64,000 bases of DNA from Callorhinchus milii (GCF_018977255.1 NW_024704742.1:91948001-92012000); one strand, 5' to 3'. Shown: positions 47,913 through 62,115, numbered from the stretch's first letter. Translations and numbers: made by a program. Notes: generated by a model not told the origin, from the sequence alone.

Positions 47913-50900
47913 CTGAGGTCGGGGGCCGGGGTGGGGGGGTAGAGGGAGAGAGAGGGGAAGAGGAAAAAAAGAAAGTCAAATTCAGCACATATTTTCATTT
48001 TTATTCACATATAATACTACTAATAATAATTCAGCACCTTGGGACATCCTTCCGACGTGAAAGGCGCTATACAAATGTAATCTTTTTGCTGTACTACTAA
48101 TAATAAAATAATAATACTTCAGAGCAAGCTTCTGAATATATATTTGTTTAAATCTGAGTCTCTTGGGACGTCCTCCTGACGTGAAAGGCGCTTTATAAAT
48201 GGAATCTTGTTGTTGTTGTTGTCGTTCCTTCCCCACCGCCCGCTCCAGGGTTGGGGAAGGGGTGGGTGAGGAATTTGACTGCAATATTAAGATAACCATT
48301 CATCCCAAGATGTCATCTGATTTTGAAGGTGCTTTTAGTTAGTAAAAAAGTGCATTAGTTTCAAATAAATACAGTAGCTCTTTAATTTTTTAAAGGCAAA
48401 CTTTGTGTTAGACATTATTCTTTTATGTTACACCACTGCCAAACATGCACTGTGACAAAACCAATTTTGCAGTAATGTGAGATTTGGCATCAGTAGTAAG
48501 ACCACCTGGTATCAGGGCTCCTCCATCACTAGTGATATGATCCACACCTAAGGAATAATGTCATCATCAAGAAACTGCCTTACAGAGAACTGCACAGCAT
48601 ATTGGCATGCAGCAGTCATTTGTACAAAGTAAGATTCAACAAGCAGCTAACAGGTGAATGACCAATTCTGGAGGATTGTTAGCTCGGGGAAACTCCCATT
48701 GCATTTCAAACAATGTTATAGAAGTTTTAACATCCCCTGAATAACAGGAATGTGATTTAACATCTCATCCAACAACAACAAAATTACATTTGTATAGCGC
48801 CTTTCACATCGGAAAGACGTCCCAAGGCGCTGGAAACAGATTGCACCTGCAAGAATCCAGTAATTCACTATCCTGGTGTTAGCATAGACTGTGAGTGCAA
48901 GTCTCCAACATGGTTCTTGAAACAACTTTTCTGACTCCGAGGCAAAAGTGCTACCAACTGGGCAAGCTGAGAGGATCCCTTTTTGGAAGTAGTACCCGTA
49001 TATAAAAAAAGCTTGTTTTGACCAATAACCTTTCCATAATCAGACATTCCAATATCAGAAGTACATCGACTATAACTTGATCTCACTTTACAGATACAAC
49101 AAGTTCAATGTTAGCTGCATCAAAATGGGAAGAGCTACTTTGTCCAGAATGTAGGAGCCCTATCACACCTCAACATCACTCATCTCTTGACACTTTGTGA
49201 TTGTGCAAAGGATGAATAACCTAAGTTGAACAGCAATGTACAACTGAATGAACCATCATCAAAATGGAGGAATTAACATACTTGGGACATTGCCCTTTAG
49301 AAATCTAAAGCTTGAATCAAAGCCATAAAAATCATGTGTTCCTCTCCCTGCGTGCACCCAAACGCTACTGCCATCCTGTGCACCACCCTTCTGCTTATCA
49401 ATATGAATGGAATGAGGTGGCAGCAGATACCAAATAGTGCACCCAGCGGTTAAATACGCACGACATTAGGATGTTCCAAGTTCACCAGGTCAATCACCCA
49501 ACAGACAGGTAGAACGGAATGGAGCGGGAGAGGTGGGGGGGGCAGCTTTGCAAATAGAAACTGAACCACCCTTCAAAAAAAGTGAGGAAGACAATATCTA
49601 TGGTGAGTAATTCAATATTCTCTCATTCATTCAAATCTGCAAGTACCCTTGAACTACGCCAAAATAGTGAAAGCAGAAGTGATAATCTTTGACATAATAT
49701 GGAGCCTAGCTTTGAGCACAGCAGCGCTAAAGTGCTCGTCATTCTTGAGCTGACAGATCAGGACAATACTGCTTTGTGAAGGCATGCAAATCACCCCAGT
49801 AGATTCTATGCAAAAAGCGACGAAGCAGACCCTTTCATACCGGGCTGTACATGGCCACAGCATGAGACTTTTAAACTTTTCCAGGTGTTTTTTTTCCCCT
49901 AAATAAAAAAAAGGAAAGACAAAATGCATTCTTTAACCCGCCTTACAAAATGTTACTTATTGATGGTGTTCCGAATGTTTTGTCACCAACAACAAAGCAT
50001 CTGCACAAATTGGTGAATGCCTTTGGTTCTCTGTACAAGGATCAGTGTTCCAACAAAATTATACTTCCTTTCGAAGGAAGAAGCGTATCTTGGCTGCTAA
50101 CCTTTTGGCATTGTTATTTTTTGAACTAAGTTAAAAGAGACAAACTTGGGCATACGTGTCAGATGCAGCCTTAGGACTATATCTGAATGACAAACATAAG
50201 GTGGATCTACTTGCCAAAGCATGAAGCATGCACGGCAAAAGACCAAGCAAAGCTACAGAAAAGAAATCCTAAGAAAATAAGAAACTAAAGGATTACAGAC
50301 TGATGATATACAAGACAGGATTGAAATCGCAGGTAGGTGTGACTAGCCATTGATATGGGCTTGTTTCAAGTGCCCTTCAGGAAGCTGGGCAGAACTGGAT
50401 CTTTATTAATTGAATTGCATGCCAGAGGCTAGGGATAGGCTGCAACAGCTGCCATGTAAACCTTTAATGCGCTTGCTGATCTCTCCGAATCAGTAAGTGC
50501 TCAAGTGAGGCTAGCCAGAATGTTACACCCCAGAGGGTTTGCATGTGTCATCCAAACCGTATGATAGACCTTTTCAGAACATTGAGCACAATCTCCACAA
50601 CTGAAAGAGACTTAATTTGATCCCATTAGGCTGGCTTCTCAAGAAGCAAGCTGCCAAATGGAGAGAGGCTGAGGAGCACTGTCTCATACCTGCTGCACTC
50701 ATCATAGGCTTGATAACCAAGTGTTTCATCGGGATTAATATAGTTTTTTTTCCATCAGGATCTTGTGAATGAACTATCCTTGGTATGAGAGAAACAGTAG
50801 AAAGTCAAAAAGAAAATTTGATATGTGTCAAAATCTCAAATAGTTTATCTATTAAACCTGCCCTTGCTCATGGGGCCTGCTGTGATAACTGTATCCATGT

Positions 50901-52670
50901 CAAAAAGTGAGCAGAGAGAATGGCAAGGTTCTGATGACACCAATGTTATAGAAGCCTAGTGAGATACATGCAAAAATGAGTCCCAAATTTGTGCAGTTTT
51001 GCAATCTAGTCGCTACTGTGCAATCAGTTTTGCAATCAGTTCGCCATAACTTGATCAACTGGATTATGGCAATCCCTTCAGGAGCTTTCTGCAACAATAT
51101 AGTGGCTTTGCAATAAGTCTTGTGATACGATTTGTAACATCAGCTACAAACTCTTTGCAGTGTTGACCTCGGTTCTGCTATCCTGTCTTCAAAGCACTTC
51201 ATTGGAGTTGTACAGTCCTGAAGTGGTTTAATAGCAATAATATTTCCCAGAACTATCCAAAAATAGACATCCTGGAAGGGCAGCTACTACTACAAAGTTT
51301 CTCTTAATGTACAAAGCCCAACTTCCTAGTAAGTTCAGAATTAGCTAATTCTTACAGTGTCTTTAGGGTATTTGGATGAACTAAATGATATAGTTGTGAA
51401 GGCTTCAGTCAGAGCAGGCTGGCACAGATAAAACCGTTTTAAATAATCTGGGTGCTGATCTACAGCCATAACAGAAGAACTTTGTATTAGTTTGCAACCT
51501 CCAATTGAGCTTCAAGTATTTTGTCCAAAATGTTGTCAGTGCTCCAGATGTATTTCTCAGCAATATTATTGTGTTGACCTTTGCCTTCTTTGGTCAGCTG
51601 GGCATCTAACACATACGGAAACTCATGACTGTGCTTATAAACAAGGGGGAATTCACATATGCAAACCCACCACGCATAGAAATTTTCCTGTGTCTGGAAT
51701 GAGTGCATACTTTCTCCCTGGAGGGATACATCACTTGTCAGTTCCTGTGAATATTGGGCGCACAGCCATGGTGATAAAATTCATGACTCCCAGATACAGA
51801 AGCGTAGATTGAACTCCCACTTGGAGATAAAATAGCAAGAGTTGATTGCTCCTCCAGATTTTCTTTCTTTAAGGAAACCTTCTCTAACTTGCAGTTTTTT
51901 CATATTTATAAATAATCCTTGTCGAGATGTTTCAAAGTGATTCCCTATGTTTTTGTTCCAGCATCAAGCTGCTTTTTAAATGCGCCCACTGTGCTGGCAT
52001 CACCCTCTATTCCTGGCAACTTGTTCCAGTTGCTGATTAATGTCGCTATAAAGAAAAGCTTTGTGGTGTTTGTCTGAATGTTGCCTGAATGTGGGGTGCA
52101 TTACCACAAATGGTCTTTAAAATATTTTAAAAGGTACAGGGAAAGAGATTGGAGTATATATTCCAGTGAGGGAAACTAGCACTAACATAGATAAGATGCG
52201 CTGAATGGCCAATTCGGCACTATAACATTTCTTGATTTTTTCTAAGCATAATTACAATAAACTCATGATAACTCATCACTCCAAGGGAAAGGGCTCAGTG
52301 ATGAGTTATCCAGAGTGACAACTTAGGCATACGTACAAATACACAAATAAATGCAGCTAGGATAATGACAGCATGATGATTTAAGTGGCAGTGACAAGTT
52401 AAGTCAGCTTCAAGTTACCAGGAGTTTACTCTATATACTTTGAATGAAAAAAACCTAAAAATAAAAACTCACCTGCAATTAAGGCTGTACATTTTTACAC
52501 TTAGTCATCATTACCCTACTGTCACAACTCTGACAGCAATTAACCTGCATTGGTATAGGGAGACAGAACATTACACTCAACAACGGAACTACCAATGGAA
52601 TGGGTTGATGGATGGATTATGGAAAAAAAACGAAAGATGAGGTCTATAGTAAGAGCATCGTTAAAATTAC

Positions 52671-52894
52671 TTTGTGTTCGTCCTGAAGGTGATTCTCAAG
52701 ATCATCTTTTATTCTGCTCTCATAGTAGCACAGTTGGCACTTGAATGGTTTCAGTTCCTTGTGCTTCTCCATGTGTATCTGCAGATTCTCGTCACTGGAG
52801 CATGTGAAGGTGCACTTGTCGCAACGAAACACTATCCCCTGCAAGTGTCGGGAGATCTTGGAACGGCGGACTTCAATGGGGACAACTCTCTCCT
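52671..52894 (-). CDS. ZNF462: ZNF462 coding exon (EERVVPIEV...FRCDKCTFTCSSDENLQIHMEKH...CQLCYY...HLQDEHK)
   Basis: ctgcag|...|gtaatt. 224 nt, two C2H2 fingers. Confidence 0.96.
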
Positions 52895-54075
52895 CTGCAG
52901 AAAGAAAGGCGGTGATCAAGATATGGGGCTGAACAGCTTTGAACTCACTCAATATAATTCAGTGGATACAGAACTAATTTGGTAATATTTCACTAAGAGT
53001 AGATTCCCTGAAGAGAATGGCTGGTGTAAGACTGATATCTTGAATTAGTTTTGCCTGAAGTCAGCAATTAGACACACAAATTACAAAAATGGGAGTGCAA
53101 TAGAGCTCTGTTTACCCACGAGGCAACTATCTGCATGCCCACTTATCTGCAATGGGGTCGGATACGAAATGTCCAATATCCACAAACAATTAATTGAGTG
53201 TGTTTGAAGTTGCCACATTACCAGTACATTGAGAGTAAATTGCACCCCTAGTAATCCCACACGCAACTCTGTGCATACAGATAACATGATTAATTTTGCT
53301 GGCAGCATGAAGGTAAATGTTTATAGTTTTGTACAGTGTAGGGTTAGAGTCAGAGAAAGGGATAAACATGGGTATAGAGATAAAGAAAACCTTAGAGAGA
53401 GACTCAGAAAGAGAGGGAGGGTAGGGTTGGTACAGTGTGTTACTGTTGTGGCAATATAAATCCCGATGGTAGAATTTTTTGAGTTAGCACTACAGCCAAT
53501 TTGTATTTCATCTAATGTAGTTATCTGCACTGTTTTCTTCTTCACAATGAGGCAGATCCCAAATAATGCAGGCAATTCCAATTTGGCTAACTGGTAAACC
53601 TATTGTTGTGAAATGTAGGCAGAAATGTCACAAAATACGCAATGTATTCCTTGTAGACCCACAATCCACTGGAAACTTTATTACATCACCCTACTTCAGA
53701 ATCTGAAGAGGCTCTACATAATAATAATAATCATCCTTACAATTGATATAGCGTTTTATCACGTAGTTAAAATGTGTCAAAGAATATATTGTAAAGTGGA
53801 TTGACTGTATTTTGTGGGCAAAAGCCCGTGAAAGACTGTATTTTGTAATCTGCAGACCAGACCTTACAAAGATTCTTAATAAAATATAAAGCCAACATCT
53901 GACTGGTTGAAAATGATTGAAGATCCTAGGAATGAAAGATGTGAGGCAGTCAGAATGGAAAAACATCCATACAAGTTTTCTGTTCTCTCCAGTCGTGCAG
54001 CATTATCAGTGTTAGTGTTCAGCTTTTAGTACTGCTTTTTGAAGTATCATATATCCTGGCACAAGGATTTCTCAC

Positions 54076-54212
54076 CTCTGTGAAGAACAATATGATCAAT
54101 CATGCTACTTTTGTATTTTGTGTGGTACAGGCAGAGGGGGCAACGGAGATCCTTAGGACCTTCAACAGGAGGAGCTGTGTGACTCCCTTCAACATGCATA
54201 GAAAATGTAGAC
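54076..54212 (-). CDS. ZNF462: ZNF462 coding exon (STFSMHVEGSH...GPKDLRCPLCLYHTKYKSSMIDHIVLHR)
   Basis: ttgcag|...|gtgaga. 137 nt, in frame with neighbours. Not in the ORF track; read manually. Confidence 0.95.
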
Positions 54213-57200
54213 CTGCAAATACATAAGGGAGAGAAAAAAAACGTGTCACTGAGTGTAGACCTCAGAATGAGAGATCTGTCCCTTCATCGCACAGCAACAA
54301 ACTCAAGAGCTATGTGACAGATTGCAGCTTTATATAAATATCTGCGGTCAACAGGAATAGATTTAGACTGGCATGGAGTGTAGATTTTTGCTGAACGTAA
54401 AAGGTTATATTTCAGTAAGAGCTTAGCAATTGATTAAAACCTGCCCCATTTGTGCAGATGGACAATGCAAATTATGTAACCAAATGACCTATTTACATAA
54501 AGTTAAAATTCGCAAATCCATTGATCATGTGGAATTAATCCTCTTAGTTCACACGATGCATCAATTTTTGTTCCAGAACTGATGATTTCTTGTAGAATAA
54601 ATGTAACGTAATTGCATAGAATAAACATGGATCGTAGTCTTCTTCCCTCCTCAATTACAACACTGGGCTGGGGTACAGTACAGAACCTCATCCAAGTCAC
54701 TCGTTTCCACACTAGGCAATGGCTCACTGGGGAATCTCTACGATTTTTTTCCTTTTAAACAAAAAATTGCCGGGATAAAACCCTGGAACCCAAAGTGAAG
54801 TGAAACCTGCAATTTGGTAATGTGTTTCTTGAGTTCAAGATCCTCGTCCTTACCTTTAAATCCCACCCCAGTCTATTCCACCTTTCTCAAACCCTGCTGA
54901 CCCGGCTGCTCACGTTTCACATACCTCGGGCCACCTGCCATACTCTTGGTGGTTGGGCTTTCAGCGTGTCTGCCCCGACTCTCTGGGACTCCATCCCAAA
55001 GTCCCTTTGACTTATCCCTTCCCTCGCCTCCTTGAAGGTCTGCAAGACCTTCCTCTTTGATTGCTCTTTCGCCCACCTCCCCCGGCCAGCGCCTTGAAAC
55101 GTCCTCCCGATGCGATGGGTGCTATTTCATGTAAATTTGTATTGTTTTGTTAATTAGCACCCACACCCCAAATTAAGACACACTGGATTAAGCAGCCTTT
55201 TGATATTTACGTGGTCCCTGGGTGTGCTGTAGTTGGACCCCACAAAACTCTTCTCAACATCTGTTTTTGCTAAACCGAAATATCAGAGTAAATCCCACCG
55301 ACCGAAAATGCACCTGTGTGAAAGGCAGCTGCTGTGTGTGTATGTGGGGGAGTGGGGAAAGGGCGGGAAAGAGCCCAGCCCTGGGATCAGTCAATCTCTT
55401 AATGATCACTAATTCAGTGTTCCAAGATGCTAACTCGCATGACTGGCGCTATGTAAATACAAGTTGCTCTTGAAGTTGCTTATGTAATTTTAATGCGTAT
55501 GTTAATTAGTACCATAGCTGTTAACTTCGCATCAGAATATCCCAATTTGTCACCCAATAAAAGTAATAATCCTGGCCTTGATGTAGCCCCTTATCTGATC
55601 GGGAGGACCCCTGAAAGCACTTCATGGGATTTATTGTAAAGTGGAGTGACTGTGTGTTTGTAGGCAAATGCAGCAGCCAGTTAGCACATAGCAATGTCCT
55701 GCAAACAACCATGAAATGAATGGGCAATTTTATCTTGGGGATCATTGGCCAGGACATGGGAGAATCCTATCAATTACATTTTATGCAAATCAGGAATACA
55801 ATTATCCTAATATATATATATTTTTTGAATGCTTGACTAACGAGTACCATTCACTAAATAGCCTTACCCCACCCCCATCCCACCTTGGGCTTAGAATGGT
55901 TCATCTCAGCCACAGAATAATTTCAAAAATTTCAAAGACACCTGTTCAGGAGTATCCTTTTAAGAAATAACTAACATTTTTAAAGTTATACACCACATTC
56001 TACCAACTTACTTTATTAAAGAGCAATTTTTCAATTATTTTAGCTTCAGGGAATCAGAGACATGCCTGAAAATATCTAATTATCAAGTGCAATTTTATGT
56101 GTCAAAATTATAGGTCAAGCAGATTTCCGAGCGAGGTTGCAATTTAATTCTGTCAATAATTAACCCAGTAACCACCCACTGTACCACATAAATAGGGCCA
56201 AAGAGGAAACATAAATAAAGCTGGGAGGGAAAGAAAAGGCAGCCTGTGTTGCTGCCAGAGGTCAAGCGTTAGAAATTTGGCTCTTTGCCAAATGACATAT
56301 GAAGGCACATGCAAGCACTCCATTACACCCAGTTTACATTGTCAGAACCCAGCATCTGTTAGAATCCACCTCAACACATAGAGTCTAGATGATCCTGAAT
56401 ACCAAATGCATCTGAGCGTGAAGAAACATCCCATCAGGGATAGGAGGTCACACATGGAGGAGTTCAAAGGTGCATCAATGCCAAGGCGACATGAATTGCA
56501 ATCCAGCATTTCAACCCTGCCACAATTTCAATTTTGGACCATTGTCAAAGCAGGTAGCGGATCATCAAATTGCAGGCTGCAGAATTTCTGCAAGCATTAA
56601 GTGGAGAGCTGAAAGATGTATGAAGATCGTAAGTGGAAAAAAAAATCTTAGGCAAAATACACACATGTAAAAGAGGAAATTAATCAACATTTATAATAAA
56701 TGTACTCCTGCGCGCAGAGAATGGCGCACAGCATTTTGTTTCCTTTCTCACTTGCCACTATACCACCATTTAGGATTATTAATGACAACACAAGACATTT
56801 ACCAGGAGCTCAGAGAACATGCGCTCTGCAGGAACAAGGCTGTCGAGAGACCAGCATTGAAGGCACCTGTTAAGAGGCTGCAATATAAAACAGCATTGAT
56901 GCGCTGGAATTGGCAATCGAGTGTACAAATCTGGAGGCTGGATCACACACCTCAGCCTTGCGTCAAAATAAAGTGGAAATAAGCTACATGTGAATGATGG
57001 ATATTTTGGAATTCAAGTAGTTTCCAAAATTTGGTTTGCAATACTGTAAGAGGTGGCGACTAATATTTTTTCTCAACCATAAGAGTGTCTTTATCAGACT
57101 GTAACCAGACATACCAGAGAAAGTGAACATGTCTTGTAGGCCATTTGGTCTATTGCACCTGCTCTGTCCTTTTAATAGCCTAAGGCAACTCTTAACTTTT

Positions 57201-57529
57201 TTTTAAATCATCACCTTCTCATCCTTTCTCCATATCTCTTACTTAACAAGTACCTAGCCATCTCCCTTTAAAAACTCGTGAATCTATTCTGTAATTATAG
57301 CATTCTGGGGGCAAGATTTGTTTTTGTTTTTTAAACTGGCTTTATCTTTAAGCAGCTTAGCAACTTTTTTTCTTTAAAAAGATCATTCAAAACTGCCGAG
57401 AGCTGATGTCAGGGGTTGTCAGCCAGAGGGTACAGAACTGTATGTCCCACAACCACAAACTCAAATCTGGTTTGGCTTCACAAAGGATCTCATTTGCACT
57501 GATCAATCACTGCCCGGCGTTTCTCTTAC

Positions 57530-57791
57530 CTGAACCCAGTAAAAAACGAGCAATCCTTGCACTTGTGCAGCTTCTTCCCACAATGCCGGTCTCGATAGTG
57601 GCGCCTCATGCTTTGAATATATTCAGAGTTAAACTGACAGAATTCACAAGTGAAGTGCCCTTTGGTTACTTGTTCAGCTGGAGCAGCAGGTGATGGCACT
57701 GGCCCAGGGCTGGAGAGGTTCCTTGCCATGGCAGCTGTCTGGTAATGGTTAAGCTGTTGCTGGACGTCCGGTGGCTCCGAATAAGAAGAAT
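57530..57791 (-). CDS. ZNF462: ZNF462 coding exon (DSSYSEPPDVQQQLNHYQ...CEFCQFNSEYIQSMRRHYRDRH...CKDCSFFTGF)
   Basis: Contains the diagnostic ZNF462 motif SSYSEPPDVQQQLNHYQ. atgcag|...|gtaaga, 262 nt. Confidence 0.96.
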
Positions 57792-58769
57792 CTGCATGTG
57801 AAGAACTGTCAGTTACATGCCAACTAGATAAAACGTGAAGCTTTCTTTCACTGGAACAGCGTTTCTCTTTCCCACTAATCTGTGAATAACTATTTAAAAC
57901 TCTGAGGTTTAACTTGCTTTGTACAGTCATTGCTAGTTTTACTGTGGGCGTGCATGTGGACTTATCACCCTATTGTTTGTTGTAGGAAAATAGAAACTTA
58001 GAAATCTACAGCACAGAAGGAGGCCATTTGGCCCATCGAGTCTGCATCCGCTCACACAGCAAGATCAATTTAACCCCACTGCCCCACATTATCCTCATTC
58101 CCCTTCAAGCCCCTCTCTTTCATTTGTGGACTCTAAGAGTTAAATTGCCTCCTTCTGCTCTGTAGATTTCTACGTTGTAAAATAATAACAACTGTGTAAA
58201 GCAAGTCTATGCTTCTGCAAACGTGTCAAAGATTGATGGGAAAGCAAGAAGGCTTTACTGACAATGGCAGAATTTCTATTATAAACACTAGTGGGGGGAG
58301 GGAATAATAAACAAGAACAAATGAGGGTCGAACAACCAACTGGTGATTATGCTCCTTGGGGTTGGGGGGGATGTAAGCCGGGTCTTCTTGGAACTGAACT
58401 GGATCAGTGGCTTCTTTTTGTAGTCCAGTTCCTGAGCCAGGCGGGTCTGCAGTTTTCCAGGGCGCTGATGATGACAGCACAGCACAGCCTGGCTCATCAA
58501 CAGGACCTGGAAGGGCAGAGCAGTCACTGGGGACAGGGAATTATCCTACTCAGCTCCTGTTAACCCTGCAAGCCAAAGCTCTAACCGGTAGAGTGGTCCT
58601 TGCTGGACATTCAGCAGCAAGACTCACTGCACCTAAGCACACACTTTGTTAGTGTTCAAGCAGGAATTAACATTTCCCATCCATTTGGCAAATATCACAA
58701 ATTAGACCCAAACGTCTTCTCCGTTCATTTAATACATTAGGCTCTGGCAGCATCAACCTCCATGGTTGC

Positions 58770-59490
58770 TCACTTCAACTCGCCAAGCCAGTCAGGAACC
58801 TAGGGTGTCTTGTTCAACCCTCAACTGTCTTTTCTTCCTCACATCCAAGCCATGACCCACTCTGCCTCCCCTCACCTCCGTAACATCGCCCAATCCACCA
58901 CTACCTCACCCCTCAGGTCGCTGAAACTCTTGTTCACGCCTTCATCACCTCCAGGCGTCTATGCAAATGCCCTGCTTGTCAGCCTTCCCAATTCCTCCCT
59001 CCACAGGCTGCAGATAATCCAGAACTCTGCAGCCCGTGTCCCCTCCCGGACCAAACTTTGTGACCCCATCTCCCCCACGACTCCATTGGCTCCCTATCCC
59101 TCAGAGGATCCAGTTCAAGATCCTGGTCCTCACCTACAAAGCCCTCCATGGCCTCGCCCCACCTGCCCACTCCCTCCGCTCAGCCGGCTCTGGCCTGCTC
59201 CACGTCCCCTGACCCACCCACCCACCCCACCATTGGCGGGAGAGCCTTCAGCCACTCTGCCTCCAACCTCTGGCATTCCATACCCCAGTCACTCCGCCTC
59301 GCCCCCTCCTTAGCCTCCTTCAAGTCCCGCCTCAAGACCTTCCTCTTTGACCATGCCATCGGCCACCTCCCTTCCCCTCCCCTCTCCCCCCCTGACCACA
59401 GTTCGGGTCTGAAATGCTGTACACTGTCCAGTGCCTTGGGACGACCTCCCGATGTGAAAGACTCTATACAAATGTAATCTTGTTGTTATT
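58770..59490 (+). mobile_element. L2-clade LINE 3' fragment, closely related to 20085-20655
   Basis: YANALLVSLPNSSLHRLQIIQNSAAR, GGRAFSHSASNLW, FKSRLKTFLF; TTGTTG tail. Confidence 0.9.
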
Positions 59491-59499
59491 GTAGCTACA

Positions 59500-59950
59500 T
59501 TAGAATATACAGCACAGAAACAGGCCATTCGGCCCAACTGGTCCATCCCGGTGTGTATGCTCCACATGAGTCTCCTCCTGCCCTTCCTCAACTAAGCCTT
59601 CAAGCATAACCTTCTATTCCTTTCTCCCTCATGTACCTATCTAGTTTCCCCTTAAATACATCTTTGCTATTAGCCTCAACAACTCCTTGTGGTAACATGT
59701 TCCACATTCCCACTACTCTCCGTGTCCTGAAGAAACTTATTCTAACTTACCTATTTGATCTATTTGTGACTATTTTATATGATGCCCCCTGGTTTTGGTC
59801 TCCCCCACAAGTGGAAACATCTTCCCTGTGTCTACCCTGTCAAAACCTTTCATCATTTTAAAGATCTCTATCAGGTCACTGCTTACCCTCTTCTTTTCAA
59901 AAGAGTCCAAGCATGTTCAGCCTTTCCTGATAGATATAACCTCTCAGTTC
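59500..59950 (-). mobile_element. CR1 LINE 3' fragment
   Basis: Begins TAGAATATACAGCACAGAAACAGGCCATTCGGCCC, the reverse complement of a CR1 3' terminus. An older similar piece lies at ~57990-58200. Confidence 0.8.
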
Positions 59951-61311
59951 TTAAAGCTTTAAAATGTGACATTCCTTTACCAGTGATTTGACAATTTCTA
60001 ATGGTGGCCCAATCTGCAATCTCTGACCATCCAGTCATTAAATGACTGATAAATAACACAATCTATCCCAATGTTAACAATAGTGCCAATTTCTTATCCA
60101 AATTCAAATGTTATTTAAACTAAAAAGAGTAGTTCTGGATGAAATAAAGTACTCCAAAAAGAGCCCTTTTATAAAGGAATGCCTCATATTCCCTCCTCAC
60201 CTCAAAATAAATGAGCTAAGAATGAATGGAGAGAACATTTTTTTAAAAAATGTGTCGCAAAATTTGGATGCTGAAGTCCCCACAGAACCAATGAGAAGAA
60301 ACTTATCCCGACTTGACTGAAGTTGGGATCTCTCCACTCTGTGTTCAGAGGATTAATCTGCTGTGCTACCAATATAATTTAGACCAGACATTTCTACAGC
60401 TCAGATGGGATACAGGCAGTTGCAGCTCCAGCTAATGCATTGTAAACACAGACCACACAAATACAACTTGTATTCATATGTTGTTGCCCATCATTTTTCT
60501 CATCTAGACCACATCAAGTTCGCTTATCTTACCCAGACTAATGATTTGGAACGGGAAAAAGAGAGTTGCTACATATAATAGCCAGCGCTGCCTTGCCAGC
60601 ATCCTGTGCTTAAAAAAAGACCGACTTCCAGTTTGCCAGATTATCACTGAGGCCACTTCCTGCGAATTGCATGCCTGCCTGCTATGTATAGAAAGCACTA
60701 CTAAGGGTGCTGCCTGCACCCCTCAAGTGCAGCGGAAGCTCCACTGATGTCACTTAGGCAGAGGTTAACCTGCAGCGATGAAGCAACATCATGAAGCAAT
60801 GTCAACAGTCACCTGACGACCAAGAAGTCGGCTATTTTATCATCACGACAATGGAACCAAGATGGCAACGTTTCCCTTTACTTTGATGTGGTAAACTGTC
60901 CATACAATTTGTTCATTTCTATATCTAGCACTACTGCATTATTGATAACCTGCGGAGGAAAGTCTTGAAACATCGCCAATGCTGGTTTCTGATGAAGGTA
61001 GATGTTTAAGGGCATATGATTCAGAACATGGACAACAGTAACCACTATTCATCGTCAACATTCAGCTATGTTCTATAAAAATCTATGACAAAACATTTAC
61101 TTTTAATTTTTGCACAACACTAATTGCTTTCCTGATCATAAACTCGGTACCGCAGTAAACATTAACAGGCTGGTCGCCCTTTTAATTAGTAATTATTAAT
61201 ATAAATAACTTTAAACTAGAACAATTAGGTTCAGTTCTTTTTGGTGCTCGTTATTCCTTTACAGTTAAAAAGATGTAGTAGTCCTATCACTAGTGAACAT
61301 AAAGTGGGTTT

Positions 61312-61683
61312 ATAATAATCCTTGCATTTGATATAGCGCCTTATCAAGTCGCTGAGACATTTCAAAATGCTTCTCAAAATATACGGCAAAGTAAATTGAC
61401 TATATTTCGTGGGTGAAACAGGGCAGCCAATTGCGCACAGCAGTGTCTCACAAGCAGTGGTGGATTGAGTGACCAAATTATTATTATTTATTTATTTTGA
61501 AGGGATTATTACCCTTGAAAAGCAATCCATCAATCGACTAGCAACCAGGTTCCTACTTACTGCTAGGTAAACAGAGGTGTGTGGAATTAGGAAACTTACC
61601 CAAGGTTTGGTCCTGCCTGGGAATCGAACCCAGGTCCTCTTGCTTTTGAGGCAAGTGGTCAAACCAGTACGCTACAGGACTCT
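61312..61683 (-). mobile_element. tRNA-derived SINE, long subfamily, in a ZNF462 intron
   Basis: Complete reverse-complement copy. Partial copies also at ~7112-7290, 9237-9325, 25000-25180, 31154-31296, 35764-36050 and 55560-55760. Confidence 0.88.
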
Positions 61684-62115
61684 ACGAATTTTATTTAATG
61701 GGGTAGAAGCAAGCACTTGGAGACACAACAGAAACATCAATAACATCTCAACGCCGGGGAAAGAGCTTTGGGACTTCAACTGCATCTCTGGCAGTGATCC
61801 CCATACATGTCACTCTGACCAGCGAGTCCTCAGCTCCAAGTAACCTTGGGTCAGAGCCAAGGTACAAGTGGGTCAGTGGAATATGTACAGACTTCTCTGC
61901 ACATGGTGTAATTTATGTCTCAAGGTGCTTGTTTCAGAGCCAGAAGCAATTTACACTATGCACCCCTCCGACTGTTGAGTGTTATTTCAGCCCCCTCTGA
62001 ATTGTTCATTTAAAAAAACGAGCTTTTCATTCACATCTTTCCGATGCTGATTACAGTTGAAGGCATTTAAAAAGAATACGATTGCATACATCAGAGATAG
62101 CCATGAGAAGCTTAC

